This document shows positions 7,575 to 17,800 of a stretch of 24,000 nucleotides of DNA, piece by piece. The notes beneath the pieces are model-generated. The model was given only the letters and a program-made list of their open reading frames with translations, ran no database searches and had not been told where the DNA came from. The DNA is from Eubacterium limosum (GTDB lineage: Bacteria > Bacillota > Clostridia > Eubacteriales > Eubacteriaceae): positions 3,483,157-3,507,156 of the forward strand of contig NZ_CP019962.1 of the NCBI RefSeq assembly GCF_000807675.2, in the 5' to 3' direction. Position 1 is the first letter of the stretch. Each line of letters begins with the position of its first letter. Both the position numbers and the translations under genes were made by a program.

Positions 7575-9650
7575 ATGAAAGTGAATCAAAGACTGCTTGA
7601 GCTGGTTTATTTTTTTGAAAGTCATCCTCAGACAACAATGAGAGAGATCCAACATCAGCTGAGTCTGTCAGAAAATGCGGTGCGTTATGAAATGGATAAT
7701 CTAAATTACTACCTGTCTGTACTAAAATATCCTGAAATAATTAAGACAAATAATGGTGTTTACCATTCTACAATTGAGGATTTTGAAGGACTTGGTAAAA
7801 AATTGCGGGCGATCTATAAATCTGATCCCCAGGAACGTTTAAACTATTTAATGTTTAAACTTGTCCTTACTGGAAAGATCAATATCCGAAAAGAATCTGA
7901 TTTTCTTGAAGTTTCTAGAAATACAATAAAGTCTGATCTTCGAAAAATCCGACCAATTTTGGAAAAAGAAGGAATTCTCATCGATACTGGCCGTCTGATT
8001 TCTGGGGATGAAAAAATCATACGAAGGTTCATCTCACGCAAATATAAAAGTTCTTATATGGTTCTTTTTTCAGGAATAGGAAAAAAAGAATTGATTAATC
8101 CGGCAGACCATTTGGTGATTGAAGATTTTTCTTTGTTGGATATTGAAAAATTGCTTATGCATATCAATGATCTTGCATCTAATTATCTTTTTACGGGCTT
8201 TTTCGAAGATTTTTTGTTACAAATTCTAGTGAATGTGCATCGAATAAAATATGGATACAGCCTCAAAGCTGTCTCAAGACAAAAAGAGCAACAACGGATT
8301 TCAAAAGAAGAACAACGGCATGTTGAAAAAATCATAGAGCTCTTTGCTGCTCAAATGAACGTTGATATCAATGATGAAGAAAAGCATCAGATGACGACGA
8401 TGCTTGTTAAGTATAGTGATAAATTTTACAATAGTGCGTATCAGAAAAACCTACTGGCTATTAAGATATTTGTATCGAAGTTGGTCACTGCGGTTGGACA
8501 AGATCTCGAGATTAATCTGTCGGAGGATACCATATTATTGGAAGGGCTCTATCAGCATGTTAAGGGAACGATTTATCGTTCAAAAGGTGTTTTTGAAATA
8601 GATCGTCAAACTTATATTCAGGCAACTGAAGCTTATCAGGATTTGATTGAAAGTTTAAATGCACATGTTGGAAAATTATCTCAACCACTGAAGGTTAGTT
8701 ATGATGATGCGGATATCGCCCTTTTTGCAATTCATTTTTTAGGAGCCATCAGACGACATGATGAAGAAAACAGAAAAAACATTGTTGTACTTTTGGTCTG
8801 TCCTTCAGGTTATGGGACATCCGTTCTTTTAAAAAACTTTATGGAAAAAAACTACAATGTAACGATTGTCGCAACTGCATCAATCTATCAGATTTCTGAA
8901 TATTTAACCAATGATGTTGCCGTGGTTATAAGTACAATTAAACTACCTTTTGAAGTAAAAAAAGGTATTGATACTCCAGTTTTGACAATCTCTCCTTTTC
9001 TGACCTTTGAAGACGATAAAAACCTAAAAGAATTTGGAATTATTCAAAGAAAAAATCCTCAAAAAATTCCGATGGAAAAATTAGTAGAGGTCCTGGAAAA
9101 GTATGTTAAAGTTTCGGATTTAAATTGTCTGACTCGTGAGTTAAAACAAAATTTTCCTGGGATCATTGAAGAAGAAAAGTTGGAAAAGAGTTTGTTTGAT
9201 CATTTGACCGAAAATGATATTACCATTATAGATCATATTGAAGACTGGAGTAAAGCGCTTCATCTATGTAGTCAGGTATTAATTGGAAAAAATGTTATTA
9301 ACACAGCTTATTGTGAAGAAATTGAAAATTCAATTCATCTATATGGTGCACACTTTATCTTGCGTAATTCCATGGCAATTCCTCATGCTGGTGAGAAAGC
9401 TGGTGTGTTGGGCTCTGGAATGCACGTATTGTATATTAAGGACGGTGTGATTTTTCCTGATAATCTTAAAGTACGGATGATATTTTTCATTGCATCGAAA
9501 GAAAAAGAGCTCTTAATTAATACAGTAATGCGAATTAATGCTTTTTCAAATGACTTGAATTTTTATGATGTTTTTGATCAAAAGATTAAAGAGGGACGTT
9601 GTTTAGCAGCGTATCTAAAAAACTGGAGAAAGGGGGAGAGGGATGATTAA
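7575..9650 (+). CDS. BglG/LicR-type PRD-containing transcriptional regulator with PTS EIIB-like and EIIA-like domains
   Basis: Preferred ATG 7575 has RBS AAAAAAGGAGGTGGAACAATG (track start 7506 is further upstream). N-terminal HTH (TTMREIQHQLSLSENAVRYEMDNLNYYL), PRD regions, EIIB loop VLLVCPSGYGTS, EIIA His motif NSMAIPHAGE. Confidence 0.88.
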   Translation: MKVNQRLLELVYFFESHPQTTMREIQHQLSLSENAVRYEMDNLNYYLSVLKYPEIIKTNNGVYHSTIEDFEGLGKKLRAIYKSDPQERLNYLMFKLVLTGKINIRKESDFLEVSRNTIKSDLRKIRPILEKEGILIDTGRLISGDEKIIRRFISRKYKSSYMVLFSGIGKKELINPADHLVIEDFSLLDIEKLLMHINDLASNYLFTGFFEDFLLQILVNVHRIKYGYSLKAVSRQKEQQRISKEEQRHVEKIIELFAAQMNVDINDEEKHQMTTMLVKYSDKFYNSAYQKNLLAIKIFVSKLVTAVGQDLEINLSEDTILLEGLYQHVKGTIYRSKGVFEIDRQTYIQATEAYQDLIESLNAHVGKLSQPLKVSYDDADIALFAIHFLGAIRRHDEENRKNIVVLLVCPSGYGTSVLLKNFMEKNYNVTIVATASIYQISEYLTNDVAVVISTIKLPFEVKKGIDTPVLTISPFLTFEDDKNLKEFGIIQRKNPQKIPMEKLVEVLEKYVKVSDLNCLTRELKQNFPGIIEEEKLEKSLFDHLTENDITIIDHIEDWSKALHLCSQVLIGKNVINTAYCEEIENSIHLYGAHFILRNSMAIPHAGEKAGVLGSGMHVLYIKDGVIFPDNLKVRMIFFIASKEKELLINTVMRINAFSNDLNFYDVFDQKIKEGRCLAAYLKNWRKGERDD

Positions 9651-10098
9651 CGAAGAGTTTGTATATTGTAATGTTGATTTTTCGACATCTGAGGAAATGT
9701 TAACCACAGTTTCAAAAGATCTGTTTATAGCTGGGTTTGTTACAGATATGTATGGAAAAAAAATAATAGAACGTGAAAAAAAGTACCCCACAGGATTGAA
9801 ACTGGATGGCTTAAATATTGCGATATGTCACACGGATCCAGAATATGTACTCAAAAATACCTTATTCTTTGTCAGACCAAAGCACGCAATTAAATTTAAA
9901 AATGCTGAAACACTCGAAGATATTGATGTGGATCTGGTCATTGGACTAGTATTTTCAAGTGGTGAAGAGCATCTGAAAATCTTGTCGTTTTTGGCTGGAC
10001 TTTTATCAGATTCACTGTGTATTCATAAAATCAAGGAAAGCAATACACCAAAACAGTTGGTAATGACGATGAAAGAAATTTTTAGAGAATGTGAGTAG
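9643..10098 (+). CDS. PTS sugar transporter subunit IIA (galactitol/fructose-mannitol type, SgcA/GatA-like)
   Basis: EIIA active-site region GLNIAICHTDPEYVLKNTLFFVRPK; overlaps the upstream gene by 8 nt. Confidence 0.82.
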   Translation: MINEEFVYCNVDFSTSEEMLTTVSKDLFIAGFVTDMYGKKIIEREKKYPTGLKLDGLNIAICHTDPEYVLKNTLFFVRPKHAIKFKNAETLEDIDVDLVIGLVFSSGEEHLKILSFLAGLLSDSLCIHKIKESNTPKQLVMTMKEIFRECE

Positions 10099-11215
10099 AA
10101 TAATGAAAAAATTAAAAACAATCATTCGAGAATTGACTGATCTGCAAGGCAATGTCGGTTATGAAGACGCGGTAATTCATTCTGTGGCTGATCACTTGGA
10201 AAAGTTTGGAAAGGTAACAATTGATCATCTCGGTAACCTGATCTGTCATCTGACACCAGAAAATGTAGGAAAAAAGAAGGTAATGTTATTTGGGCATACG
10301 GATGAAGTAGGTATGATGGTTAAAGCCATTTCAGACGATGGTTTTGTTTACTGTGAAAAACTTGGTTCATTAAATCCGACATGTCTTGCTGGGCAGAGGG
10401 TTCAGTTGGATGGAGAGTTTGGAAAAGTTAATGGAATCATTGGAGTAAAATCGCACCATTTGTTGACGGAAACAGATAGAAAGGGACAAAAGACAGTTCA
10501 GGAACAATATATAGATATTGGAGCAGTAAGCAAAGAAGATGTACTTGAAGCTGGGGTTCAAGTTGGAACGCCGGTAAGTTTTAAACCGGAATTTATGGAA
10601 CTCCAAAACAATTGTATTGCGAATAAATCGATGGATGATCGGGCAGCTGTTGGAATATTGATTTACCTTGCTGAATGTTTAGATGTCAAAGCATGTAAAG
10701 CAGATATTTATTTGGTCTTCAGCGTTCAAGAAGAATTCAACACTCGAGGAATTATGCCTGCTGTACGGACAATTGACCCTGATATCGTTTTGGGAATTGA
10801 TGTAACACCAGCGACAGATACGCCAGATCTTAAAGGAATGTCGGAAATAGCTTTGGGAAAAGGACCAGCAATAACATACATGAATCACCACAGCCGTGGT
10901 ACTTTGGCAGGGATTGTTCCTAATAAGCGTTTTCTTTCACATTTAGAGGAAATAGCAAAGGATGCAGGAATTTCGTTAAATCGTGAAGTTGCTTGCGGAA
11001 TACTGACCGAGACGGCCTACATCGCGATTGAGAATAGTCGGGTAGTGGTGGCGAATCTTTCTCTACCTACCCGATATACACATAGTCCAGTGGAAGTAAT
11101 TAACCTTGAAGATGCTTTAGGAATAGTGACTATTTTAGAAAGATTTTTAATGGGTGTAGATGAAAAGACCCGTTTTGGAAAAGATGTTGATTTTGAAAGG
11201 AGAGTAAAATCATGA
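10091..11215 (+). CDS. M42 family metallopeptidase (SgcX/FrvX-like)
   Basis: Motifs LFGHTDEVGMMV, NKSMDDRAAVGI, FSVQEEFNTRG, LGIDVTPATDTPD, YMNHHSRG. Confidence 0.88.
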   Translation: MSRIMKKLKTIIRELTDLQGNVGYEDAVIHSVADHLEKFGKVTIDHLGNLICHLTPENVGKKKVMLFGHTDEVGMMVKAISDDGFVYCEKLGSLNPTCLAGQRVQLDGEFGKVNGIIGVKSHHLLTETDRKGQKTVQEQYIDIGAVSKEDVLEAGVQVGTPVSFKPEFMELQNNCIANKSMDDRAAVGILIYLAECLDVKACKADIYLVFSVQEEFNTRGIMPAVRTIDPDIVLGIDVTPATDTPDLKGMSEIALGKGPAITYMNHHSRGTLAGIVPNKRFLSHLEEIAKDAGISLNREVACGILTETAYIAIENSRVVVANLSLPTRYTHSPVEVINLEDALGIVTILERFLMGVDEKTRFGKDVDFERRVKS

Positions 11216-11487
11216 AAAAAGTAATTGTCGCCTGTGGAACAGGTATGGCTACGTCTTCGATCATTTCAGAGAAAGTTCGGGAGATTCTCGACAAAAATGA
11301 TATTCAATATACATTAAGTCAAGTGCAACTGAGTGAACTTGAGATGTACAAAGGAGCGGATCTTTTTATCACATCGATGAAATTGCAGGAGGATTACGGG
11401 CTGCCGGTTGTGGTTGGTACCCCGTTTCTCATTGGAATTGGCGAGGATGAAGCGGCTCAAAAGATTTTGGATATTCTGAAAAATTAA
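11212..11487 (+). CDS. PTS sugar transporter subunit IIB (GatB/SgcB-like)
   Basis: P-loop Cys motif VIVACGTGMATSSIISEKV. Confidence 0.88.
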   Translation: MKKVIVACGTGMATSSIISEKVREILDKNDIQYTLSQVQLSELEMYKGADLFITSMKLQEDYGLPVVVGTPFLIGIGEDEAAQKILDILKN

Positions 11488-11507
11488 ACTGTCAGGGGGG
11501 AGAGAGT

Positions 11508-12824
11508 ATGGAAGCAGTTTTTGATTATATTTTATCATTAGGATCGACCGTTTTTGTTCCTATTGTTCTGTTTGTGATCGGATTATTCTTTGGTTTGGGA
11601 TTTTTTCGTTCATTGAAATCGGGCATTACCGTAGGTGTAGGTTTTATTGGATTTAATCTAGCCGTTGGTCTAATTTCAAGTATTTTGTCACCAGCGGTAA
11701 ATTTAATAGTTGAACGTTTTGGGTTCAATTTGACTGTAATTGATCTTGGCTCAGCTGCAGGCGCAGGCGTTGCTTTTTCGACAATGGTTGGCGCATTAAT
11801 CATCCCTTGTGTTTTTCTGTTAAATGTTATCTTACTGGCAATTGGCGCTACAAAGACGATGAATATTGATATTTTCAACTATTCTCATTATGCTTTTACT
11901 GGTGCCGTAGTTAATCTGATAACTGGAAATGTGATTGTAGGGATGGGTGCTGCACTAATTCAAGCGACTTGGTCGTTGCTTTCGGCTGACTATACAGCGA
12001 AGCGTGTTCAAAATGAGATTGGTGTAGAAGGTATATCGATCCCTCAAGGTTATGCTGCAAGTAGTGTACCACTATTTGTGATTTTAGATAAACTTTATTC
12101 AAAGATTCCATTTATTAATAATTCAGAACTTGATATCAAAAAACTCCAAAATAAAGTGGGCTTTATAGGAGATCCAGTAATCATTGGGGCAATCCTTGGT
12201 ATTATTCTAAGCCTACTGGCAGGGTATGGATTTAAAGACAGCGCGAACCTTGTTATGGGCGTCTGTGCGATTATGGTTCTCTTCCCGAGAATGATTAAAA
12301 TTATAGTTGAGGGATTAATGCCTCTTTCTGAAGCAGCCAAAGGATTCTTTGCTAAACATTTTTCTGGTAGGGAAGTGTACATTGGCTTGGATTCAGCTGT
12401 GACGCTTGGTCATCCAACAACAATGATTATAGGAACCCTTATTATTCCTATTACACTGGTCATTGCAACGATTCTTCCAGGCAATAAGGTTCTTCCACTG
12501 GCAGATTTGGCTTTTGCAGCGTTTTATATCTGTATGGCCACCATTATCCATAAGGGAAATATTTTGAAAACATTAATAAGCGGTATTATCAATATGATCG
12601 GTATCTTATATATTGCTACCTGGGTATCTCCTTACTTTACGACATTGGCAGTTCAAGGTGGTGTCTCTGAAGCCGGACAAGAGGTTAGTTCGCTGTGGGC
12701 AGGTAATGTTTTTGATTTTATTATCGCAAATTTAGGATTTTTAGGATACGCCGGTTTAGGAATATTGGTTATTATTACCATCGGATTGATGGTTTTTGTA
12801 AAAAAATATGCAATGAAAGAATAA
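11508..12824 (+). CDS. PTS galactitol-family transporter subunit IIC (GatC/SgcC-like)
   Basis: Multi-TM protein with FDYILSLGSTVFVPIVLFVIGLFFG, GLFFGLGFFRSLKSGITVGVGFIGFNLAVGL, GNVIVGMGAALIQATWSLLSADY. Confidence 0.87.
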   Translation: MEAVFDYILSLGSTVFVPIVLFVIGLFFGLGFFRSLKSGITVGVGFIGFNLAVGLISSILSPAVNLIVERFGFNLTVIDLGSAAGAGVAFSTMVGALIIPCVFLLNVILLAIGATKTMNIDIFNYSHYAFTGAVVNLITGNVIVGMGAALIQATWSLLSADYTAKRVQNEIGVEGISIPQGYAASSVPLFVILDKLYSKIPFINNSELDIKKLQNKVGFIGDPVIIGAILGIILSLLAGYGFKDSANLVMGVCAIMVLFPRMIKIIVEGLMPLSEAAKGFFAKHFSGREVYIGLDSAVTLGHPTTMIIGTLIIPITLVIATILPGNKVLPLADLAFAAFYICMATIIHKGNILKTLISGIINMIGILYIATWVSPYFTTLAVQGGVSEAGQEVSSLWAGNVFDFIIANLGFLGYAGLGILVIITIGLMVFVKKYAMKE

Positions 12825-12848
12825 TATATAATAAAGGAGAAATAAAGA

Positions 12849-13670
12849 ATGACTTGGTTAAAAGATAAATTATTTACAGAAAAAGCGGTAATTGCAATGT
12901 GTCACTTGGATGCACTTCCAGGCGATCCTCATTTTGACAAAGCAGGTGGGATGGAAAAAGTAATCCGTCATGCAAGAGAAGATTTTTTAGCGCTTCAGGA
13001 AGGTGGCGTGGATGCAGTAATGTTTTCAAATGAATTTTCTCTACCATATCTAACTAATGTAAAAACAGAAACCGTTGCGGCTATGGCACGTGTCATCGGA
13101 GAAATTAAACCGTTGATCGAGATTCCGTATGGTGTGAATGTACTTTGGGATGCAAAAAAATCCTTAGATCTGGCTGTGGCAGTTGACGCATGCTTTGTTA
13201 GGGAGATATTTACTGGTGTCTATGGGTCGGATTTTGGTCTGTGGGATACAAATGTTGGGGAGACAATTCGTCACCAACGATATATTGGTGCAGAGAATGT
13301 AAAATTACTGTTCAATATTGTTCCAGAAGCTGCGGCTTATTTGGGTGAACGCGATATTGTATCAATTGCAAAATCAACAGTATTTAACAATCGTCCAGAT
13401 GCATTATGTGTTTCTGGCTTGACCGCGGGGACAGAAACGGACGCAGCAGTGCTAAAACGTGTTAAAGATACAGTTCCTGATACGGTTGTCTTTGCGAATA
13501 CAGGAGTACGTTTGGAAAATGTTCGAGAACAACTTTCTTTAGCCGATGGTGCAGTAGTAGGGACAACCTTTAAAAAAGATGGCATATTTGAAAATCATGT
13601 TGACAAACAGCGAGTTAAAGCGTTCATGGATGAGGTTAAGAAATTTAGAAAAGATGCAAATGTCTGCTGA
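12849..13670 (+). CDS. sgcQ: BtpA/SgcQ family TIM-barrel protein
   Basis: AVIAMCHLDALPGDPHFD, GGVDAVMFSNEFSLPY, PYGVNVLWDA, VREIFTGVYGSDFGLWDTNVGE are characteristic BtpA-family stretches. Lies directly downstream of IIC. Confidence 0.87.
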   Translation: MTWLKDKLFTEKAVIAMCHLDALPGDPHFDKAGGMEKVIRHAREDFLALQEGGVDAVMFSNEFSLPYLTNVKTETVAAMARVIGEIKPLIEIPYGVNVLWDAKKSLDLAVAVDACFVREIFTGVYGSDFGLWDTNVGETIRHQRYIGAENVKLLFNIVPEAAAYLGERDIVSIAKSTVFNNRPDALCVSGLTAGTETDAAVLKRVKDTVPDTVVFANTGVRLENVREQLSLADGAVVGTTFKKDGIFENHVDKQRVKAFMDEVKKFRKDANVC

Positions 13671-13673
13671 TAG

Positions 13674-14324
13674 ATGAAGAATCGAAAAAAATATAAATTC
13701 ATTATTGATTTTGATGGTACAATCTCTGTAAATGACAGCACAACAACAATTGCCAGGCATTTTGTACCTGAAATGCAAAAAAAATATGAAGAAAGGCTCC
13801 ATAAAAAAGAGATATCTATTGCTAAATATATTCAAGAATTGCTAGAAGCTTCCAATTTAACAGAAAAAACTTATATCCGTTTTTTAGAACAAAATATTGT
13901 TATTGATCCAACTTTCAAGGACTTTATTAAAGAAGGATATGATTATACCATTGTTAGTGCAGGAGCATTTCAAAATATTTTTTATAGTTTAAAAGCTGCT
14001 AGTATCGATATACCGCCATCAAGAATCCTATCAAATCAAATCCAATTTTTGTCAGGATGTCTAAAATTGCATCCATCAGAGTATCCTCATAAAAATGGGA
14101 TCGATAAGAAAAAAATCATTCAAAACTATCAAAGTTACAATATTCCTGTGATTTTTATTGGAGATGGTATATCTGATTTTGAAGGTGCAGAAGCGGCAGA
14201 TGTTGTTTTAGCAAAACGAGATAAACGACTTGAGAAATACTGTGTCGAACATCAAATTTCGTGTTTTACCTATGAAAATTTTCGAGATATATGTCATATT
14301 CTTGAAAATGAAAAATTGATTTAA
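13674..14324 (+). CDS. HAD-IB/MtnX-like phosphatase
   Basis: HAD motif I FIIDFDGTISVND, motif II-like TIVSAG, motif III/IV FIGDGISDFEGAEAADVVLAK. Confidence 0.82.
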   Translation: MKNRKKYKFIIDFDGTISVNDSTTTIARHFVPEMQKKYEERLHKKEISIAKYIQELLEASNLTEKTYIRFLEQNIVIDPTFKDFIKEGYDYTIVSAGAFQNIFYSLKAASIDIPPSRILSNQIQFLSGCLKLHPSEYPHKNGIDKKKIIQNYQSYNIPVIFIGDGISDFEGAEAADVVLAKRDKRLEKYCVEHQISCFTYENFRDICHILENEKLI

Positions 14325-14330
14325 AGTTAA

Positions 14331-14368
14331 GGCCACCCTTTGATAGCGTCTCAAAAGGTGGCCTTTTT
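14331..14368 (+). terminator. Rho-independent terminator ending the sgc-like operon
   Basis: GGCCACCCTTTGA ... TCAAAAGGTGGCC TTTTT, stem with one mismatch. Confidence 0.85.
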
Positions 14369-14448
14369 CTGTGTAGGGAAGTGATTTATTGCTCTTATGG
14401 TCTAGATCTGAGAATAGATCGTCTTAGGGCAAAAGGAGGAAAATTTAT

Positions 14449-14742
14449 TTGAATATCATTATAACTGTGCTCATAGCAATCGGAATTTTTATCTTGTCCA
14501 GTCTGATTGGAACCTGTGTCGTACTGTATGTTAACGTCCGATATGAAATGAAAATAGACCATACCTTAAAGTTTAGTCTGGCAGTGATCGTTTTTTTATT
14601 GATCTGTTTGATTTTAGGGCTTTTCGGTATGCTCACTGCATTTGGGACAATGCCAAGTTTTTACTATGGCATTGTCCTTTTTGGTTTTTTGGCCGGTTTA
14701 AGCTGCATGTCCCTGATGTCCGCAGCTTCCCGGCAAGAATAG
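14449..14742 (+). CDS. small three-TM membrane protein, TTG start (97 aa)
   Basis: RBS AAAAGGAGGAAAATTTATTTG; three hydrophobic segments. Confidence 0.6.
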   Translation: MNIIITVLIAIGIFILSSLIGTCVVLYVNVRYEMKIDHTLKFSLAVIVFLLICLILGLFGMLTAFGTMPSFYYGIVLFGFLAGLSCMSLMSAASRQE

Positions 14743-14768
14743 ATCCATTACACCGGAGGTGAAAGAAG

Positions 14769-14810
14769 ATGATCAAAAGAAGCCCCAACAAGATCAGAGC
14801 ACCAACCTGA
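14769..14810 (+). CDS. possible 13-aa leader peptide MIKRSPNKIRAPT
   Basis: Strong RBS CGGAGGTGAAAGAAGATG; located just upstream of the adhesin gene. Confidence 0.3.
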   Translation: MIKRSPNKIRAPT

Positions 14811-14859
14811 CAGCAATCCTATTGCTAAAATTGAAAAATTAAAGAGAGGAAGAAAAAGT

Positions 14860-17800
14860 ATGTATAAAAACAAAGCTTTGAAAAAAACATTTTCGCTGCT
14901 TTTTGCGTTCTTATTCACCTTGCTGACGCTTCTGTCACCGCTGAGCTCAATGGTGGCAAAAGCCGAGGAAGGTGAGGATTTGCCACCGACGGGTGACCTG
15001 GCGCAGTACGCAGTGAACGAAGTCGGACAATCCGATCAGGGCTGGGTCATTTACTCGTCTGAAGATCCTAACTACAATCCCATGACGCGGGCATCCGGCA
15101 GCTCCGGCGTGTCTGTCTCGAAAGATTACGGGGGATATACGAGTTACACCCAGATTATCACCGTCGTGGACGATTCCGGTGTCGCGCATACCGCGTACTG
15201 TATTGAGCCCGATAAGAATACGCCCAATGGAACCATCTATAATCAGCAGATCACGGATAACGCTCAGCTGAGAACCGTGCTCTATTACGGCTATGACGGC
15301 CCGGGAGGGGCTGAATTCATGGCCCGTGAAGGCGGCGATGCGCAGAGCGCTTTCATGGATACCTGGTGGGCAGTAAGATTGGCCTGTGGAGAAACGTCAT
15401 CAAACCCCGCGGTTTATAACGATCCCAATATCCGCTGGCTGCTTGACCACGCGCCAGTTGAAGTTGGGGGCATTACGGTAAGTGGCTCACCGGATACCCG
15501 GTGGAACGTTGGCGAAAAGATGCAGGAAACAGACTGGTACACTACCAGCGGCTCCGGTACCTTTACCCTTGAACTCGATGGTCTGGGTATTGTTGCCAAA
15601 CTGAGTGACAGCCGCACCATCACTTCCACCACTTCAGGTATTCCAGTAGGAACGGCTTTCAAATTGTGTGCAGGCCCGGAAAAAGATGGAACCGTCACGG
15701 TACCGATCAAAGCCACCGGCGTGGCTTATGCAAGCCTGATGTTTATTCCGGCTTCTGAACCGGATACACAGAGTGTTGTGGCCGGTGCCAGTGTTCAGGG
15801 GCAGGGACAGGAAGCTTCCGCCAGTGCAAACTTTGTGAAGCGTGTGACTTACCCGGATGTACAAAAAACCGACAATCGCCATCTGGCACTTGATCTGAGC
15901 AAAACACAGCCTTCCGGGGACGCTAGTCTTGACGGAGCCGTTTTTGGCCTTTACAAAGATCCGGAATGCACCCAGCTGGTGACTCAGGCAACCGTAACGA
16001 ATGGGATTGCTGACTTTGGCGCGGTTGTCCTAGGCGACTATTTTTACAAAGAAATCAGTGCCGGTAAGGGCTATAAAACCAATGAAACCGTCTATCCGGT
16101 CACCGTATGGGCAGAAGGCATGCAGGGCGTTACGGAGATCCCCAATGATGTTAAAACCAATCCTGTCAGCATTGTTAAATATGCGATCACCGATCCAGAC
16201 AATGTGGATGACGTGTTAAATCCCCTGGCAAACGTTGATTTTACCCTGACCTTAAAGTCGGCCATCGACAAAGGCGAAAAGCTGACGGAAGGGGACAATT
16301 TGTTTAGCGGAAAAACCGATGAAAATGGCCGTATCCGCTGGGAAAATGTTCCTGTGGGGACTTATGTCCTTCACGAAGTTAAAACGCCAGAGGGCTTTAT
16401 TCCCATTGATGATCTGATCGTTGTCGTTGACGGCAGCGGCGAAGAAATTGAGATCCCGCTCACCAACAAAATGATGTACGGCGATCTTATTATCGTGAAG
16501 AAAGATTCGGAAACACAGAAAGAGATCCCGGTATCCGGGGTCAAATTCAAGGTCATTGACCTGGCAACCATGCAGTTTGTCAAACAGTCCAGCGCAGCGA
16601 CCCTGTTTATACCGACCGACACCTTTAAGACCAACGATGAAGGGAAACTGTCCCTTCCGAAAAAACTCAAAAGCGGCAGCTACGCCGTGGTGGAAGTTTC
16701 GTCTCCAGACGGATACTTAACCGCAGGACTGACCGCCAGCAACAACACGCAAAAATATATGGTTGACGGCAAGGAATACCAGGGTATCCCGGTCACCATC
16801 AGTCCGACAACCTGCGATAAAATCGAAATTAACGGCAAAACCGAATACAGCAGCACGGTCAGTGTCTACGATCAACCAGCCAAAGGACGGATTGAAGTCA
16901 CCAAAACCGGCGACCAGCTGGACGGTACTAAAACCACTCCAAGCAAATATGGCAATGTCACAGAATTTATCTTCAATGAAAAAGCCTTAAAAGGCACGGT
17001 ATTTGAAGTTTATGCGGACGAAGACATTACGACACCCGACGGCACCGTTCGCCTGCACAAAGGCGATCTGGCGGATACCCTGACCACCGGAGATAATGGA
17101 AAGGCCATTACCAAAGACCTTTACTTAGGCAAATATAAGGTGGTCGAAAAGTCTGCGCCGGAAGGTTTTGTCAATGATGGAACGGAGCAGAAAGTCACCC
17201 TGAAGTATAAAGGTGAAACCGTTCAGGCATCCGACAATGTCGAAAACACGACCTTCCATAATGACCGCCAGAACGTTGAGTTTCAACTGACAAAACTGGA
17301 ACAGGAAATCGACAAGATTGAACAGGAAGGTGACGGCGTCACCATCCATTATAAGGATGTTCCGGCCAATGACATCGACTTTGGCCTTTACACCAAAGAA
17401 GCCATGAGTGACGGTAAAGGCGGCACCATCGCCGCGGACACACTGGTATCGGTGAAGACCGTGAAAAAAGGCCAGGCAAACACCGTTGAAAACCTGCCTG
17501 TCGGTAACTACTACCTGAAAGAACTCAGCACCAAGGATCATCTGGAAGATAACAATTTCCGTTATGAAGTCACTTATGCCATCCAGGGCAACGATCCGCT
17601 GGTGGTAGTTCAGGCCAATAAAGGTGAAGCTATCAAAAATTACTATGTAGAGCGTCCTTTTGAATTTACGAAAAAGGATATTTCGGATGGCATGTTGATT
17701 CCGGGCGTCACCGTCAATGTTTACGACGAAACCGGGGAGAACATCATCTTTACCGGAAAAACCAATGAAAACGGCGAAATTACCATCACACTGCCAGCAG

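Noticed and set aside
383-14448. Toxin-antitoxin, defence or phage genes in this stretch.
   Set aside because: None of the ORFs carries recognisable toxin, nuclease, methyltransferase or phage structural motifs beyond the DUF3991/Toprim protein.
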